Source: an uncultured Piscirickettsiaceae bacterium
GTDB lineage: Bacteria; Pseudomonadota; Gammaproteobacteria; GCF-002020875
Reading direction: 5' to 3'
Assembly (NCBI GenBank): GCA_964647745.1
Contig: CAZYJG010000002.1
Location: 1-43,108 of the forward strand
Length of the DNA stretch: 43,108 bases
Shown: piece after piece, positions 30,740-39,544 of the stretch
Layout of the letters: every line of letters begins with the position of its first letter
Numbering within the stretch: position 1 is the first letter of the stretch
Notes under the pieces: generated by a model
What the model saw: only the letters and a program-made list of their open reading frames with translations
What the model was told of the DNA's origin: nothing
Databases searched by the model: none
Program-made: the position numbers and the translations under genes

Positions 30740-31282
30740 ATGAGCTGTTCAATAACCAAGATTACCGCAACCACCGCCCTCTCCTCGCTACTGCTCCTCT
30801 CCGGGGGGTCTGTTGCAGCCGAATCCTTCAATGACTGGGCCACAGTAACCAATGTTGAGGCGGTTGAGAGAAGCTACACCATCAGAAAACCGGTTGAGAA
30901 GTGCTGGACCGAGACAGTTCGGGTTCAGGAGCGCGGCCCCTCCGATGGCAGCATGACCAATGAGCTGATCGGTGGCCTGCTGGGCGGAGCCATTGGCAAC
31001 CAGTTTGGCAAGGGGCGCGGCAAGGATGCAATGACCATTGCTGGCGCCGCACTGGGCGCATCGATCGCCCATGACCAGGAGCAGCTGCAGGCAGGGCAAC
31101 CACGAACAGGGGGTCGCTACCAGGAGGTGGAGCGCTGCGAGACAGTCTATGAGACCGAGGAGAAAACAGAGCACTCCCACTATCGGGTCACCTATAGCTA
31201 TGGCGGAAAGGAGTTCACGGCCAACATGAGAAGTGCGCCCGGGGAGCAGATTCGGGTTCGTGTCCAGGTCACTCCGCACTAG
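30740..31282 (+). CDS. glycine-zipper 2TM domain outer-membrane/periplasmic protein, YcfJ-like
   Basis: Signal peptide. Glycine-zipper (GGLLGGAIGNQFGKGRGKDAMTIAGAALGASIA). The C-terminus aligns by eye with E. coli YcfJ (ERCETVYETEEK...YRVTY...G). Started at the ATG 30740 with an AAAGGA Shine-Dalgarno. Confidence 0.78.
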   Translation: MSCSITKITATTALSSLLLLSGGSVAAESFNDWATVTNVEAVERSYTIRKPVEKCWTETVRVQERGPSDGSMTNELIGGLLGGAIGNQFGKGRGKDAMTIAGAALGASIAHDQEQLQAGQPRTGGRYQEVERCETVYETEEKTEHSHYRVTYSYGGKEFTANMRSAPGEQIRVRVQVTPH

Positions 31283-31302
31283 GCTGATTCTCAACAACCC
31301 CT

Positions 31303-31330
31303 TGCTGCCTTCATCTCTCTGAAGGCAGCA
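31303..31330 (+). terminator. perfect 11-bp stem / 6-nt loop hairpin after the ycfJ-like gene and 17 nt before the xseA start (weak U-tract)
   Basis: TGCTGCCTTCA-tctctc-TGAAGGCAGCA, read directly, followed by cttcc. Function as a terminator or attenuator is inferred. Confidence 0.5.
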
Positions 31331-31347
31331 CTTCCAGCCGTTAGCTG

Positions 31348-32685
31348 TTGAACCCAGAGCGTAAAGTCATCTCCGTCTCCCAGCTCAATCGGGAGGCCCG
31401 CTTTCTGCTGGAGCAGAACTTCACAACCCTCTGGGTTGAGGGGGAGATCTCCAACCTCTCACGCCCCGCTTCGGGCCATATCTACTTCACCCTCAAGGAT
31501 GACCAGGCACAGATCCGCTGTGCCATGTTCCGCAACCGACTCACCCATATCCGTTTCCGTCCGCAGAGTGGCCAACATGTGGAGATCAGGGGAACAGTAA
31601 GCCTCTATGAGGCACGGGGCGACTACCAGCTGATTGCTGAACACATGAAAGAGGGGGGCGAAGGGGCGCGCCAGCGCGCCTTTGAGGCACTGAAGAAAAA
31701 GCTCTCGCAGGAGGGGCTGTTTGATGAGAAGTGGAAAAAGCCCCTCCCCTCACTGGCCGCAAGGGTTGGTGTGATCAGCTCTCCATCAGGGGCGGCCATC
31801 CATGACATCCTGACGGTTCTTGAGCGCCGGTTCCCTGCCCTCCCCGTCATCCTCTATCCTGTTTCGGTACAGGGTAGCGTCGCTGCCGAGGAGATTGCCG
31901 CTGCACTCAGCGAGGCCCAGCAGCGTGATGAGTGCGACCTGCTGATCCTTGCCCGTGGCGGTGGATCGATCGAGGATCTCTGGGCCTTCAATGAGGAGGT
32001 GGTGGCGAGGGCGATCCACACCTCTACAATCCCGATTATCTCCGCAGTTGGGCATGAGACCGACTTCACCATTGCCGATTTTGTTGCGGACCTGCGTGCC
32101 CCGACCCCCTCCGCTGCTGCAGAGCGCGTCTCTCCGGAGCTCCAGGAGTGGCAGGAGGGGCTACTGCTGGCCGAGCAGCGGCTGACAAGGGGGGTCCGCT
32201 CCACACTGGAGACCCTCTCCCTTCGTCTGCATGGTCTCCGTGGGCGACTGCGCCACCCCCGCGAGAGACTTCAACAGCTGAGTCAGCGCCTGGATGAGAG
32301 TGAGCAACGTCTCCAGAGGGCAGAACAGCTGATCCTGGCGAGGAGCAACAATTGGCTGCGTGAGATCAAACTGCGCCTTCAGGCACACGCCCCACAACAG
32401 AGAATCCAGGTATTAAGAGAGCGCCTTGAGGGCGGGACCCGGCAATTGAGGCAGTTGATGGACCACAGGCTTAAACAGAACAAAGAACATCTCTCCGGCC
32501 TCTCCCATACCCTCAATACCGTAAGCCCGCTTGCCACCCTGTCACGAGGCTACAGCATCACCACCACAGCAGAGGGCGAGGTTCTCCTCTCCACAGAGCA
32601 TCTGCAGAGGGGAGAGGAGATCAGAACCCGTCTGGGAGAGGGAGAGGTTACCAGCAAGGTAACCGGGATCAGTTCCGGCGAGTAA
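31348..32685 (+). CDS. xseA: exodeoxyribonuclease VII large subunit
   Basis: N-terminal OB-fold pattern as in E. coli XseA (VSQLN...R.LLE.....WV.GEISN...PASGH.YFTLKDD). The C-terminal half is a long coiled-coil. TTG start at 31348, the only in-frame start after a TAG at 31342. Classical position divergent from guaBA. Confidence 0.9.
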   Translation: MNPERKVISVSQLNREARFLLEQNFTTLWVEGEISNLSRPASGHIYFTLKDDQAQIRCAMFRNRLTHIRFRPQSGQHVEIRGTVSLYEARGDYQLIAEHMKEGGEGARQRAFEALKKKLSQEGLFDEKWKKPLPSLAARVGVISSPSGAAIHDILTVLERRFPALPVILYPVSVQGSVAAEEIAAALSEAQQRDECDLLILARGGGSIEDLWAFNEEVVARAIHTSTIPIISAVGHETDFTIADFVADLRAPTPSAAAERVSPELQEWQEGLLLAEQRLTRGVRSTLETLSLRLHGLRGRLRHPRERLQQLSQRLDESEQRLQRAEQLILARSNNWLREIKLRLQAHAPQQRIQVLRERLEGGTRQLRQLMDHRLKQNKEHLSGLSHTLNTVSPLATLSRGYSITTTAEGEVLLSTEHLQRGEEIRTRLGEGEVTSKVTGISSGE

Positions 32686-33049
32686 CCGCCTCGATCAACT
32701 GTTCGGGATCGACCGGATGGGGGATGGTCTGCTCTACCGGAAAACGGCCCATCAACTGCTGCAGAAACGGTTCATCGGCCGGATCGTAAAGGACCACTAC
32801 CCGGGTCTGGGGGAGCTTCCTCTGGATATGGGCCAGCATCGACTCCAGATTGCTGACCCGATCCCGAAATGCGGGATCATGATAAAACTCGGCCACCACA
32901 ATGGAGGGCTCCCTCTTCTTCAGAAAGGAGATCGCCTTGCGCATCAGATGCTCAACCTTGACCGCATAACCGGTACCCTGCAGTGCCCGAATCAGCTCCG
33001 GGTAGACCCCATACTCAAAAACAAAGAGCAGATCCCCCTCACCCCTCAT
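32669..33049 (-). CDS. CheY-fold pseudo-receiver domain protein (about 126 aa, phospho-acceptor Asp not conserved)
   Basis: Alternating beta/alpha pattern that aligns by eye with CheY. DD becomes EY (LLFVFEYG), Asp57 becomes Glu (SIVVAEF) and Lys109 becomes His (IPHP). Started at the ATG 33047-33049, 7 nt after the hpt stop. The 3' end overlaps the xseA 3' end by 17 nt. Confidence 0.55.
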   Translation of the reverse strand: MRGEGDLLFVFEYGVYPELIRALQGTGYAVKVEHLMRKAISFLKKREPSIVVAEFYHDPAFRDRVSNLESMLAHIQRKLPQTRVVVLYDPADEPFLQQLMGRFPVEQTIPHPVDPEQLIEAVTRRN

Positions 33050-33056
33050 CAGTTGA

Positions 33057-33611
33057 TCAACCCTCTTCCCGCAGTGCGTAGATTCCGGGCATGTTTCTGA
33101 GATACCCCTTGTAGTCCATCCCGAACCCGAAGACATAGCGGTCAGGCACCGTCAATGCATTGAAATCGGAGGGGGGTGCCACCTTGCGGTCATGCAGTTT
33201 GGTAGCCAGTGTTACCGTGAGGACATCCTCAGCCCCCTGCTCCATGGCCCACAACTTGAGCGCCTCCATTGTCCCCCCCTCATCATGAATGTCATCAACA
33301 ATCACGACGGTTCGCCCCTCCAGGGCGATGCGTGGGCGGGCAATCCACTCCAGTGCGCCCCCCACCAGTTCCGATCCATAGCGAGTCGCATGGATATAGT
33401 CGACCTGTAGCGGGAACTCAAGCCGGGTCAGCAGATAGCCCATCGGTATCACCGCCCCGTTCATCACTGTCAGCAGCAGTGGGTTGCGATCTCCGATCTG
33501 CTCGCCCAGTTCAGCAGCCATCCTGTCCAGTGCCGCCTCCACCTCATCGCTGCTCCAGAGACAATCTGCCTCCCGACGCACTCTACCCACCTCCTCCAGT
33601 GATACGCTCAC
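33057..33611 (-). CDS. hpt: hypoxanthine-guanine phosphoribosyltransferase
   Basis: PRPP-binding motif (VVIVDDIHDEGGTM). The 184-aa length and C-terminal YRNMPGIY-type pattern are typical of Hpt. GTG start forms a GTGA overlap with the nagZ stop. Confidence 0.88.
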   Translation of the reverse strand: MSVSLEEVGRVRREADCLWSSDEVEAALDRMAAELGEQIGDRNPLLLTVMNGAVIPMGYLLTRLEFPLQVDYIHATRYGSELVGGALEWIARPRIALEGRTVVIVDDIHDEGGTMEALKLWAMEQGAEDVLTVTLATKLHDRKVAPPSDFNALTVPDRYVFGFGMDYKGYLRNMPGIYALREEG

Positions 33612-34657
33612 AACTCCATCTCCTGTGTGTGGATCTCTTCCAATCCATGAATTCGTTCCACGGCACGCTGCCAGTGGCTGCTGTTGACCAGGGACTCCCG
33701 ATTGATCTTCCGCCTTCCATGCAGTCTGGCCAGGCGAGCTGTACCCAGCGGATTACCCTGTGGCTCCAGGGAGTCCAGCACCTCAACCGCACTATTGCGA
33801 TGGTTGCAGACCAGCACCATGTCACAACCTGCATCCAGCGCAGCGGCTGCCCGCTCCGGATAGCCACCCACCACTCCAGCCCCCTCCATTGTGAGATCGT
33901 CACTGAAAATGGCACCATTGAACCCCAGACGACCGCGCAGCACCTCCTGCAGCCAGAAGCGGGAGAAACCAGCCGGATGGTCAGGGTCAATCGCGCTGTA
34001 GTATACATGCGCAGGCATCACCCCCTCCATTCCATAGTGAACCATGCGCTCAAACGGCACCAGATCATCCACCTGAATGTCGGCATAGCTGCGCTCATCA
34101 ACCGGGACCTCCAGATGTGAGTCGGCCTTCACCCCGCCATGGCCGGGAAAGTGTTTTCCCACCGCTCCCATCCCCGCCTTGTGCATCCCCTGCATCCAAC
34201 CATGGGCCAGCATCGCAACCACCCCCGGTTTTCTGTGGAATGCACGGTCCCCAATCACCCCACTTACACCATGAGAGAGATCCAGCACCGGGGCGAAGCT
34301 GAAATCAACCCCGCAGGAGAGCAGTTCGATGGCCATCAACCAGCTGGCTGATTCAGTCTCGGAAACCCCCCGCTTGAGATCATGGTCATGGAGTTTGCCA
34401 AAACGGGCCATCGGAGGGATCTCGGTAAACCCCTCACGGAAACGCTGAACCCGCCCCCCCTCGTGGTCCACGCCAATCAGCAGTGGCGGGGTGCGAATCG
34501 CATGAATCTCACTGCAGAGTTGGGTCAACTGCTCGGGGGAGTGGTAGTTGCGACTGAAGAGAATGACCCCACCTACACGGGGATCGGCCAGCAGCTCACG
34601 ATCCTCGGCAGAGAGCTCAACCCCCTCCAGATCCAGCATCAGTGGCCCCAGACTCAT
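33608..34657 (-). CDS. nagZ: beta-N-acetylhexosaminidase (peptidoglycan recycling)
   Basis: GH3 NagZ signature (GPLMLDLEG..L...........VGGVILF.RN, KHFPGHGGVKADSH). 349 aa. Confidence 0.93.
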   Translation of the reverse strand: MSLGPLMLDLEGVELSAEDRELLADPRVGGVILFSRNYHSPEQLTQLCSEIHAIRTPPLLIGVDHEGGRVQRFREGFTEIPPMARFGKLHDHDLKRGVSETESASWLMAIELLSCGVDFSFAPVLDLSHGVSGVIGDRAFHRKPGVVAMLAHGWMQGMHKAGMGAVGKHFPGHGGVKADSHLEVPVDERSYADIQVDDLVPFERMVHYGMEGVMPAHVYYSAIDPDHPAGFSRFWLQEVLRGRLGFNGAIFSDDLTMEGAGVVGGYPERAAAALDAGCDMVLVCNHRNSAVEVLDSLEPQGNPLGTARLARLHGRRKINRESLVNSSHWQRAVERIHGLEEIHTQEMEL

Positions 34658-34663
34658 TCCATC

Positions 34664-35140
34664 CTACTCCTCAATCACGACCCGGGTGCCCGCAGAGACC
34701 CGGTCAAACAGGGGCAGCAGATGGTGGTTATGCATCCGGATACAGCCATGGGAACGGGCAACCCCCATCGGCTCACTCTCTGGTGTGCCATGAATGTAGA
34801 TCATCCTTCTCAATGTATCGATCTCCCCTCCACGGTTGAATCCGGACTCATCACCACTCAGCCAGAGAATCCGGGTCAGGATCCAGTCACGCTCCGGAAA
34901 CTCCGCTGCAACGCCTGGGCTGTAGATCTCACCACTGGGGCGGCGCCCGACAAAGACCGTATTCTCTGCACACCCCTCACCAATCTTGATGCGGATATGG
35001 TGCACCCCCCTCGGGGTACAGCCACTGTTGAGACGTTCACCTGCCCCATTCAGGGCTGTGGATACCGGATAGCACTCCACCACACTGCCCCCCTCCTCCA
35101 GACAGAGCTGTTGCCGAGAGAGGGAGATGCGAATCTGCAT
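34664..35140 (-). CDS. L,D-transpeptidase (YkuD) family protein, short form without signal peptide
   Basis: YkuD catalytic motif (IYIHGT.....G...SHGCIRM). 158 aa. No N-terminal signal sequence visible. Confidence 0.83.
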   Translation of the reverse strand: MQIRISLSRQQLCLEEGGSVVECYPVSTALNGAGERLNSGCTPRGVHHIRIKIGEGCAENTVFVGRRPSGEIYSPGVAAEFPERDWILTRILWLSGDESGFNRGGEIDTLRRMIYIHGTPESEPMGVARSHGCIRMHNHHLLPLFDRVSAGTRVVIEE

Positions 35141-35151
35141 GCAGGGGGCAA

Positions 35152-35634
35152 TCAGTCCCTGAAGTTATTGAACTGCAGCGGAACGGAGAACTTCTCCTCC
35201 CGCAGCATCGACATGACCGACTGCAGGTCATCACGCTTCTTGCCGGTAACACGCACCTTCTCCCCCTGAATGGAGGCCTGCACCTTGATTCTGGACAGCT
35301 TGATCTGTTTCACAATCTGTTTCGCTGTTGCCTGATCGATCCCCTGCACAATGGCCACACTCTGCCGCGCCTCACTGACATTGGTCTCAATCTCCCCCGG
35401 CTTGAGGGCGGCGACATCCACCCCGCGCTTTGCCATCTTTGCAGTCAGGATATCCATCACCTGATGCAGTTGAAACTCCTGATCCGCCTTGACCAGCAGC
35501 TCCTCGCCACTCTGCTCAATGGAGGCACCCGTCCCCTTGAGGTCAAAACGGTTGCTGATCTCCCGAATAGCCTGATCCACGGCATTGGTCACCTCGTGCA
35601 GATCCACCTCCGAGACAGTATCAAATGAGGGCAT
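35152..35634 (-). CDS. yajQ: YajQ-family nucleotide / cyclic-di-GMP-binding protein (UPF0234)
   Basis: MPSFDTVSEVDLHEVTNAVDQA.REI..RFD.KGT is the canonical YajQ N-terminus. 160 aa. Confidence 0.92.
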   Translation of the reverse strand: MPSFDTVSEVDLHEVTNAVDQAIREISNRFDLKGTGASIEQSGEELLVKADQEFQLHQVMDILTAKMAKRGVDVAALKPGEIETNVSEARQSVAIVQGIDQATAKQIVKQIKLSRIKVQASIQGEKVRVTGKKRDDLQSVMSMLREEKFSVPLQFNNFRD

Positions 35635-35686
35635 CCCTTCTCTCCTTTATGCTTCTCTTGGTACGTACTGATGAAACGGTATTTAA

Positions 35687-37216
35687 CTACGCAAGCTGGT
35701 CATCCGCAACGTGGTAGACAGGATCCTCCAGCATATTGACCTCCACCAGATCCCCCGCCTTGTGCAGAAGAACTCTGCACTCCGGACTGAGGTGCCTCAG
35801 ATGGAGCTGCTTGCCGGCACGAATGTACTTCTCCGCCAGGGTGTCGATCGCCTCAATCGCAGAGTGGTCGGCAACACGCGAGTTGCGGAACTCCAGAATC
35901 ACCTCATCCGGATCGCCGGCAGGGTCAAACAGATCCAGAAAGTTTTTCACCGAGCCAAAGAAGAGCGGACCATTGAGCTCATAGATACGGACCCCATCCT
36001 CCTCATCACGCCTGTCGATATTGATGTGGCTGGCATGCTCCCAGGCAAAGATCAGGGCAGAGACGATCACCCCCACTATCACTGCAATCGCCAGATCGGT
36101 TGCCACCGTCACGCCCGAGACCAGCACCAGAACGAAGGCATCCTTGAGGGGAATCTTTCGCATGATGCGGAAACTGGACCACTCAAAGGTACCCAGCACC
36201 ACCATGAACATCACCCCCACCAGTGCAGCCATCGGGATCTGCTCAATCAGCTGTGAGGCAAAGAGGATAAAGGCCAGCAGGAAGAGTGCCGCAGTGATTG
36301 CGGAGAGGCGCTGACGACCACCGGAGTTGATGTTGATCATGCTCTGTCCAATCATTGCACACCCCCCCATTCCACCAAACAGCCCAGTAGTGGTGTTGGC
36401 AATCCCCTGCCCAATGCACTCGCGATTTCCCTGTCCGCGGGTATCGGTCACCTCATCAATCAGGGTCAGGGTCAACAGCGACTCAATCAGCCCCACTGCA
36501 GCCAGGATCACCGCATAGGGGAAGATGATATAGAGCGTCTCCCAGTTCATGGGAACCATGGGAATATGGAGGCTAGGGAACCCCCCCTCAATGGAGGCGA
36601 GATCGGCAACCCGCTTGGTATCAAGATCGAGCCCGATCACCAGCAGGGAGACTACAAGAATGGCCGCCAGTGAGGCAGGGAACGCACCTGTCAGCTTGGG
36701 CAGAAAGTGGATGATCATCATGGTGAGCAGAATCAGTCCGGCAAACAGCATCAGTGGATCTCCGCTCATCCATGATGTTCCACCTTCCACCGAGCTGAAC
36801 TGAAAGTGTTGCAACTGGGCGAGGAAGATCACAATTGCCAGCCCATTCACAAAACCGAGCATCACCGGATGGGGGACGATACGGATATATTTCCCCAACT
36901 TCATCAGCCCAACACTGATCTGGATCAGCCCCGTCAGGACCACCGCGGCAAAGAGATACTCCACCCCGTGCTGGGCAACCAGCGAAACCATCACCACCGC
37001 CATCGCGCCGGTGGCCCCAGAGATCATTCCAGGGCGCCCCCCGAAGATTGCTGCCAGAAGCCCCACCATAAAGGCGGCATAGAGTCCGACCAGCGGCTCA
37101 ACACCGGCAACAAAAGAGAAGGCAACCGCCTCCGGTACCAGTGCCAGTGCAACGGTTAGGCCTGAGAGAATTTCATTGCGGAAACAGACACGACTGGCAC
37201 AACCCAACTGAAACAT
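35687..37216 (-). CDS. SulP-family inorganic anion transporter with C-terminal STAS domain
   Basis: N-terminal SulP signature ([25 protein letters not shown]), multiple TM segments and a C-terminal STAS-like domain ([12 protein letters not shown]...). 509 aa. AGGA Shine-Dalgarno. Confidence 0.9.
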   Translation of the reverse strand: MFQLGCASRVCFRNEILSGLTVALALVPEAVAFSFVAGVEPLVGLYAAFMVGLLAAIFGGRPGMISGATGAMAVVMVSLVAQHGVEYLFAAVVLTGLIQISVGLMKLGKYIRIVPHPVMLGFVNGLAIVIFLAQLQHFQFSSVEGGTSWMSGDPLMLFAGLILLTMMIIHFLPKLTGAFPASLAAILVVSLLVIGLDLDTKRVADLASIEGGFPSLHIPMVPMNWETLYIIFPYAVILAAVGLIESLLTLTLIDEVTDTRGQGNRECIGQGIANTTTGLFGGMGGCAMIGQSMININSGGRQRLSAITAALFLLAFILFASQLIEQIPMAALVGVMFMVVLGTFEWSSFRIMRKIPLKDAFVLVLVSGVTVATDLAIAVIVGVIVSALIFAWEHASHINIDRRDEEDGVRIYELNGPLFFGSVKNFLDLFDPAGDPDEVILEFRNSRVADHSAIEAIDTLAEKYIRAGKQLHLRHLSPECRVLLHKAGDLVEVNMLEDPVYHVADDQLA

Positions 37217-37247
37217 AGTGGATTCCTGATTATTCTGGTGATAATTG

Positions 37248-37274
37248 AAAAAAGGCTGTCACAAGGGCAGCCTT
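37248..37274 (-). terminator. terminator-like hairpin plus T6 tract 32 nt upstream of the sulP start (attenuator, or terminator of the cytochrome operon)
   Basis: Minus strand reads AAGGCTG-ccCTTGTga-CAGCCTT-TTTTCAATT. The stem is 7 bp (5 G/C-containing plus 2 A-U), with one possible extra C-G pair inside. On the plus strand the same region forms a 7-bp stem with a G-U pair. Confidence 0.4.
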
Positions 37275-37484
37275 CTGGTTTGATATATCCAATAACCTGC
37301 AAGCCGGGCAGAGAGGCCCAAGCGTGGCGGTTTGTTGCTATTATACCTGAAACCCAAAACAACCACCCTCAGAAATAGGTGTGGTTTCCTGATTGCAGAA
37401 GTGTCTCCTGACGGAAATCTCTACTGTGCGTTGTCCCCACCTGCTGTGCCGCTCAACTGGTGACACAACAGGAGGGAGCACCTA

Positions 37485-39458
37485 TTACATGGAGGTGATG
37501 TAGCCAATCATGACCAGCGTCAGCAGAGTCAATCCGCTGAAGATCAGGATTGCACCCAGCAGATTGGAACCGGTCCGCATCGCCTTCGATGGCTTCTTGA
37601 CCAGGTACCTGGAGAGCTCTCCACTCTCCTTCAGACGCTCATACTCCAGACGGTGCTCATGCTTGAACTCATCGAGCGGGATCGCCCCAGTAAAGATGGT
37701 AGTACTCATCGGGAATTTGTCCGGACGGAAGTGGGCATTGAAGAAGTGGACCGTGAAGAGGAACATGGTCGCCAGCAACGCCTCTTCCGCATGAACGATG
37801 GTTGCCACGTTAAATACGAAACCAGGCAGTACCGTTGCCGCCAGGGTTGGCGAGAAGAGCATCATGCCACTCAATCCAATCACCGCCGCACCCCAGAATG
37901 GCGCCCAGTAGTCAAACTTCTGCCAGTAGGACCAGCGGTCAAAGTCTGGGCGCTCGGCCCTGCCGAAGAACCAGCGGAACATCCCCACCACATCCTTCAG
38001 ATCCTGCCAGTTGGGCAGCATTGAGGTGGGACCGAACCAGCGGAAGGTCTTGCGGTTCTTGATGATGTTATAGCTGGCAAGACCAAAGTGGACAAGGAAG
38101 ACCGATAGCCAGGTTATCGCTGCCGTACGGTGAATGATTGCCTCAATCTCCGGTCCACCCAGCATGCCGATGACCACTGGGGCCCAGGCGGTATGGGAGA
38201 AGAGCAGCGTCGATCCAGTCAACACCAGCGTCATGGTGCTGACCGCAAACAGCAGGTGGATCACCCGCCAGCTTGCACTGAAGCGGCGGAAATAGATCTG
38301 ATCCTTGGCCGCCAGCAGTGCTGCCGGTGGGGGCTGGTACCCCTTGCCCTGCCTGCGATCCTTGAACTCTCGATAGAACCAGAGCAGTACATGGGTCCAG
38401 AAGAAGGCAAAGACCGCCACAATCAGATAGTTCATGAACTTGGTGGTCCAATAGATCTCCGGATAGCGCTCCGGGTCGTCAGCATTGCCATGGGCATGGA
38501 AGCCCAGGAACCCCTCCGGGGCATCCTCGTGGCACTGCTGACAGGTCTCCAGACGGTTGTCCAGATGGACAGTCGAGGTGGGATCATCCACCTTCTTGAG
38601 CTCATGGCTGCCATGGCAATCGTAACACTTCGCGGTATTGGTATAGCCCAGACGGTTCACCTGACCATGGTAGGAGGAGCGATAGGTCTTGTAGGCATCC
38701 TCATGACAATCCCCACAGTTCTTGGTGATGGTGAGCTTGATGAGATCCTGGTCGGGAGAGTCGATATTGTGGGTGGTGTGACAGTCGGAACAGACCGCTG
38801 CCTCACTATTGCCATTCTCCACCACCTCTTTTCCGTGAGCCGAGGCGAGGTAGGCCTCTTTCTGCTCCTCGTGACAGCGCCCGCAGACCTCAGGGTTTAT
38901 CAGTCGATGGTCGGCGCGGGCCTCACTGCCCAGGGTTCCTATATTGTGCGGGTCGTGACAGTCATGACAGGTGGCATTGGTCCTGGACTGGTCTGCCATG
39001 CTCGGGCGGGCATGGACCGAGTGCATGTAACTGTCGATCTGCTTCATCACCACATCAAGGCGATCATACTTGGGATGCTCCTGCCCCTGCTGCTTCTCCC
39101 ACTCCTCCTTGTGACACTGAATACAGCTGACACTGATGACCGGCTGTTCCTGGTGGTACTTCTCGGTGATGTTGGTGTGACACCCTACACAGTTTTGCTT
39201 GCCGTGGACACTCTCCTCAAACTTCTCCTCATCGACATAGATGTAGACCTTGGTGCCCTCCTCGTCATCCTCATCCTCATAGAGCGTCTCATACTTTTCA
39301 TCCTCATCGGAGTGGCATTTAATACAGACCTTGTTGGGGACAATCTTCTTTGCCCCGCTCTTTGATCCATCGGATGCAGCATGGAGGGCTGTGCCCTGCA
39401 CACCCATCAGAAGCATCAAACCCAATACACTTATTGTTGTCTGTAGAAACCGTTTCAC
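37485..39458 (-). CDS. nonaheme c-type cytochrome fused to a six-TM cytochrome-b-like (FdnI/HydC-type) membrane domain, CbcL-like architecture
   Basis: Nine CXXCH motifs (CIKCH, CVGCH, CIQCH, CHDCH, CGRCH, CSDCH, CGDCH, CYDCH, CQQCH), several preceded by an S.H distal-ligand pattern. Signal peptide. The C-terminal half has about 6 hydrophobic helices carrying conserved-looking His (WTH, VIH, IIH, LVH, IVH, TVH). I start it at the GTG 39456-39458, preceded by GGAGGAG. The track start at 39506 is a TTG without a Shine-Dalgarno. Confidence 0.85.
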   Translation of the reverse strand: MKRFLQTTISVLGLMLLMGVQGTALHAASDGSKSGAKKIVPNKVCIKCHSDEDEKYETLYEDEDDEEGTKVYIYVDEEKFEESVHGKQNCVGCHTNITEKYHQEQPVISVSCIQCHKEEWEKQQGQEHPKYDRLDVVMKQIDSYMHSVHARPSMADQSRTNATCHDCHDPHNIGTLGSEARADHRLINPEVCGRCHEEQKEAYLASAHGKEVVENGNSEAAVCSDCHTTHNIDSPDQDLIKLTITKNCGDCHEDAYKTYRSSYHGQVNRLGYTNTAKCYDCHGSHELKKVDDPTSTVHLDNRLETCQQCHEDAPEGFLGFHAHGNADDPERYPEIYWTTKFMNYLIVAVFAFFWTHVLLWFYREFKDRRQGKGYQPPPAALLAAKDQIYFRRFSASWRVIHLLFAVSTMTLVLTGSTLLFSHTAWAPVVIGMLGGPEIEAIIHRTAAITWLSVFLVHFGLASYNIIKNRKTFRWFGPTSMLPNWQDLKDVVGMFRWFFGRAERPDFDRWSYWQKFDYWAPFWGAAVIGLSGMMLFSPTLAATVLPGFVFNVATIVHAEEALLATMFLFTVHFFNAHFRPDKFPMSTTIFTGAIPLDEFKHEHRLEYERLKESGELSRYLVKKPSKAMRTGSNLLGAILIFSGLTLLTLVMIGYITSM

Positions 39459-39544
39459 AGCACTCCTCCCGTCCGCTGCAGTAAATGGGCACTCCACCTG
39501 CCTCAAGAGGCAGAGTGCATGTTCAATCCGTGGACTCTGTTATA

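Noticed and set aside
33269-35269. Two long plus-strand ORFs (283 aa and 295 aa) antisense to hpt, nagZ and the L,D-transpeptidase gene.
   Set aside because: They are Pro/Ser/His-rich shadow frames. The minus-strand genes carry unambiguous family motifs (KHFPGHG..DSH, SHGCIRM, VDDIHDEGGT).
38130-39365. 411-aa plus-strand ORF antisense to the multiheme cytochrome gene.
   Set aside because: It is a shadow frame. The minus strand encodes nine CXXCH motifs and a signal peptide, which cannot arise by chance. The plus-strand product is L/V/G/I-rich low-information sequence.
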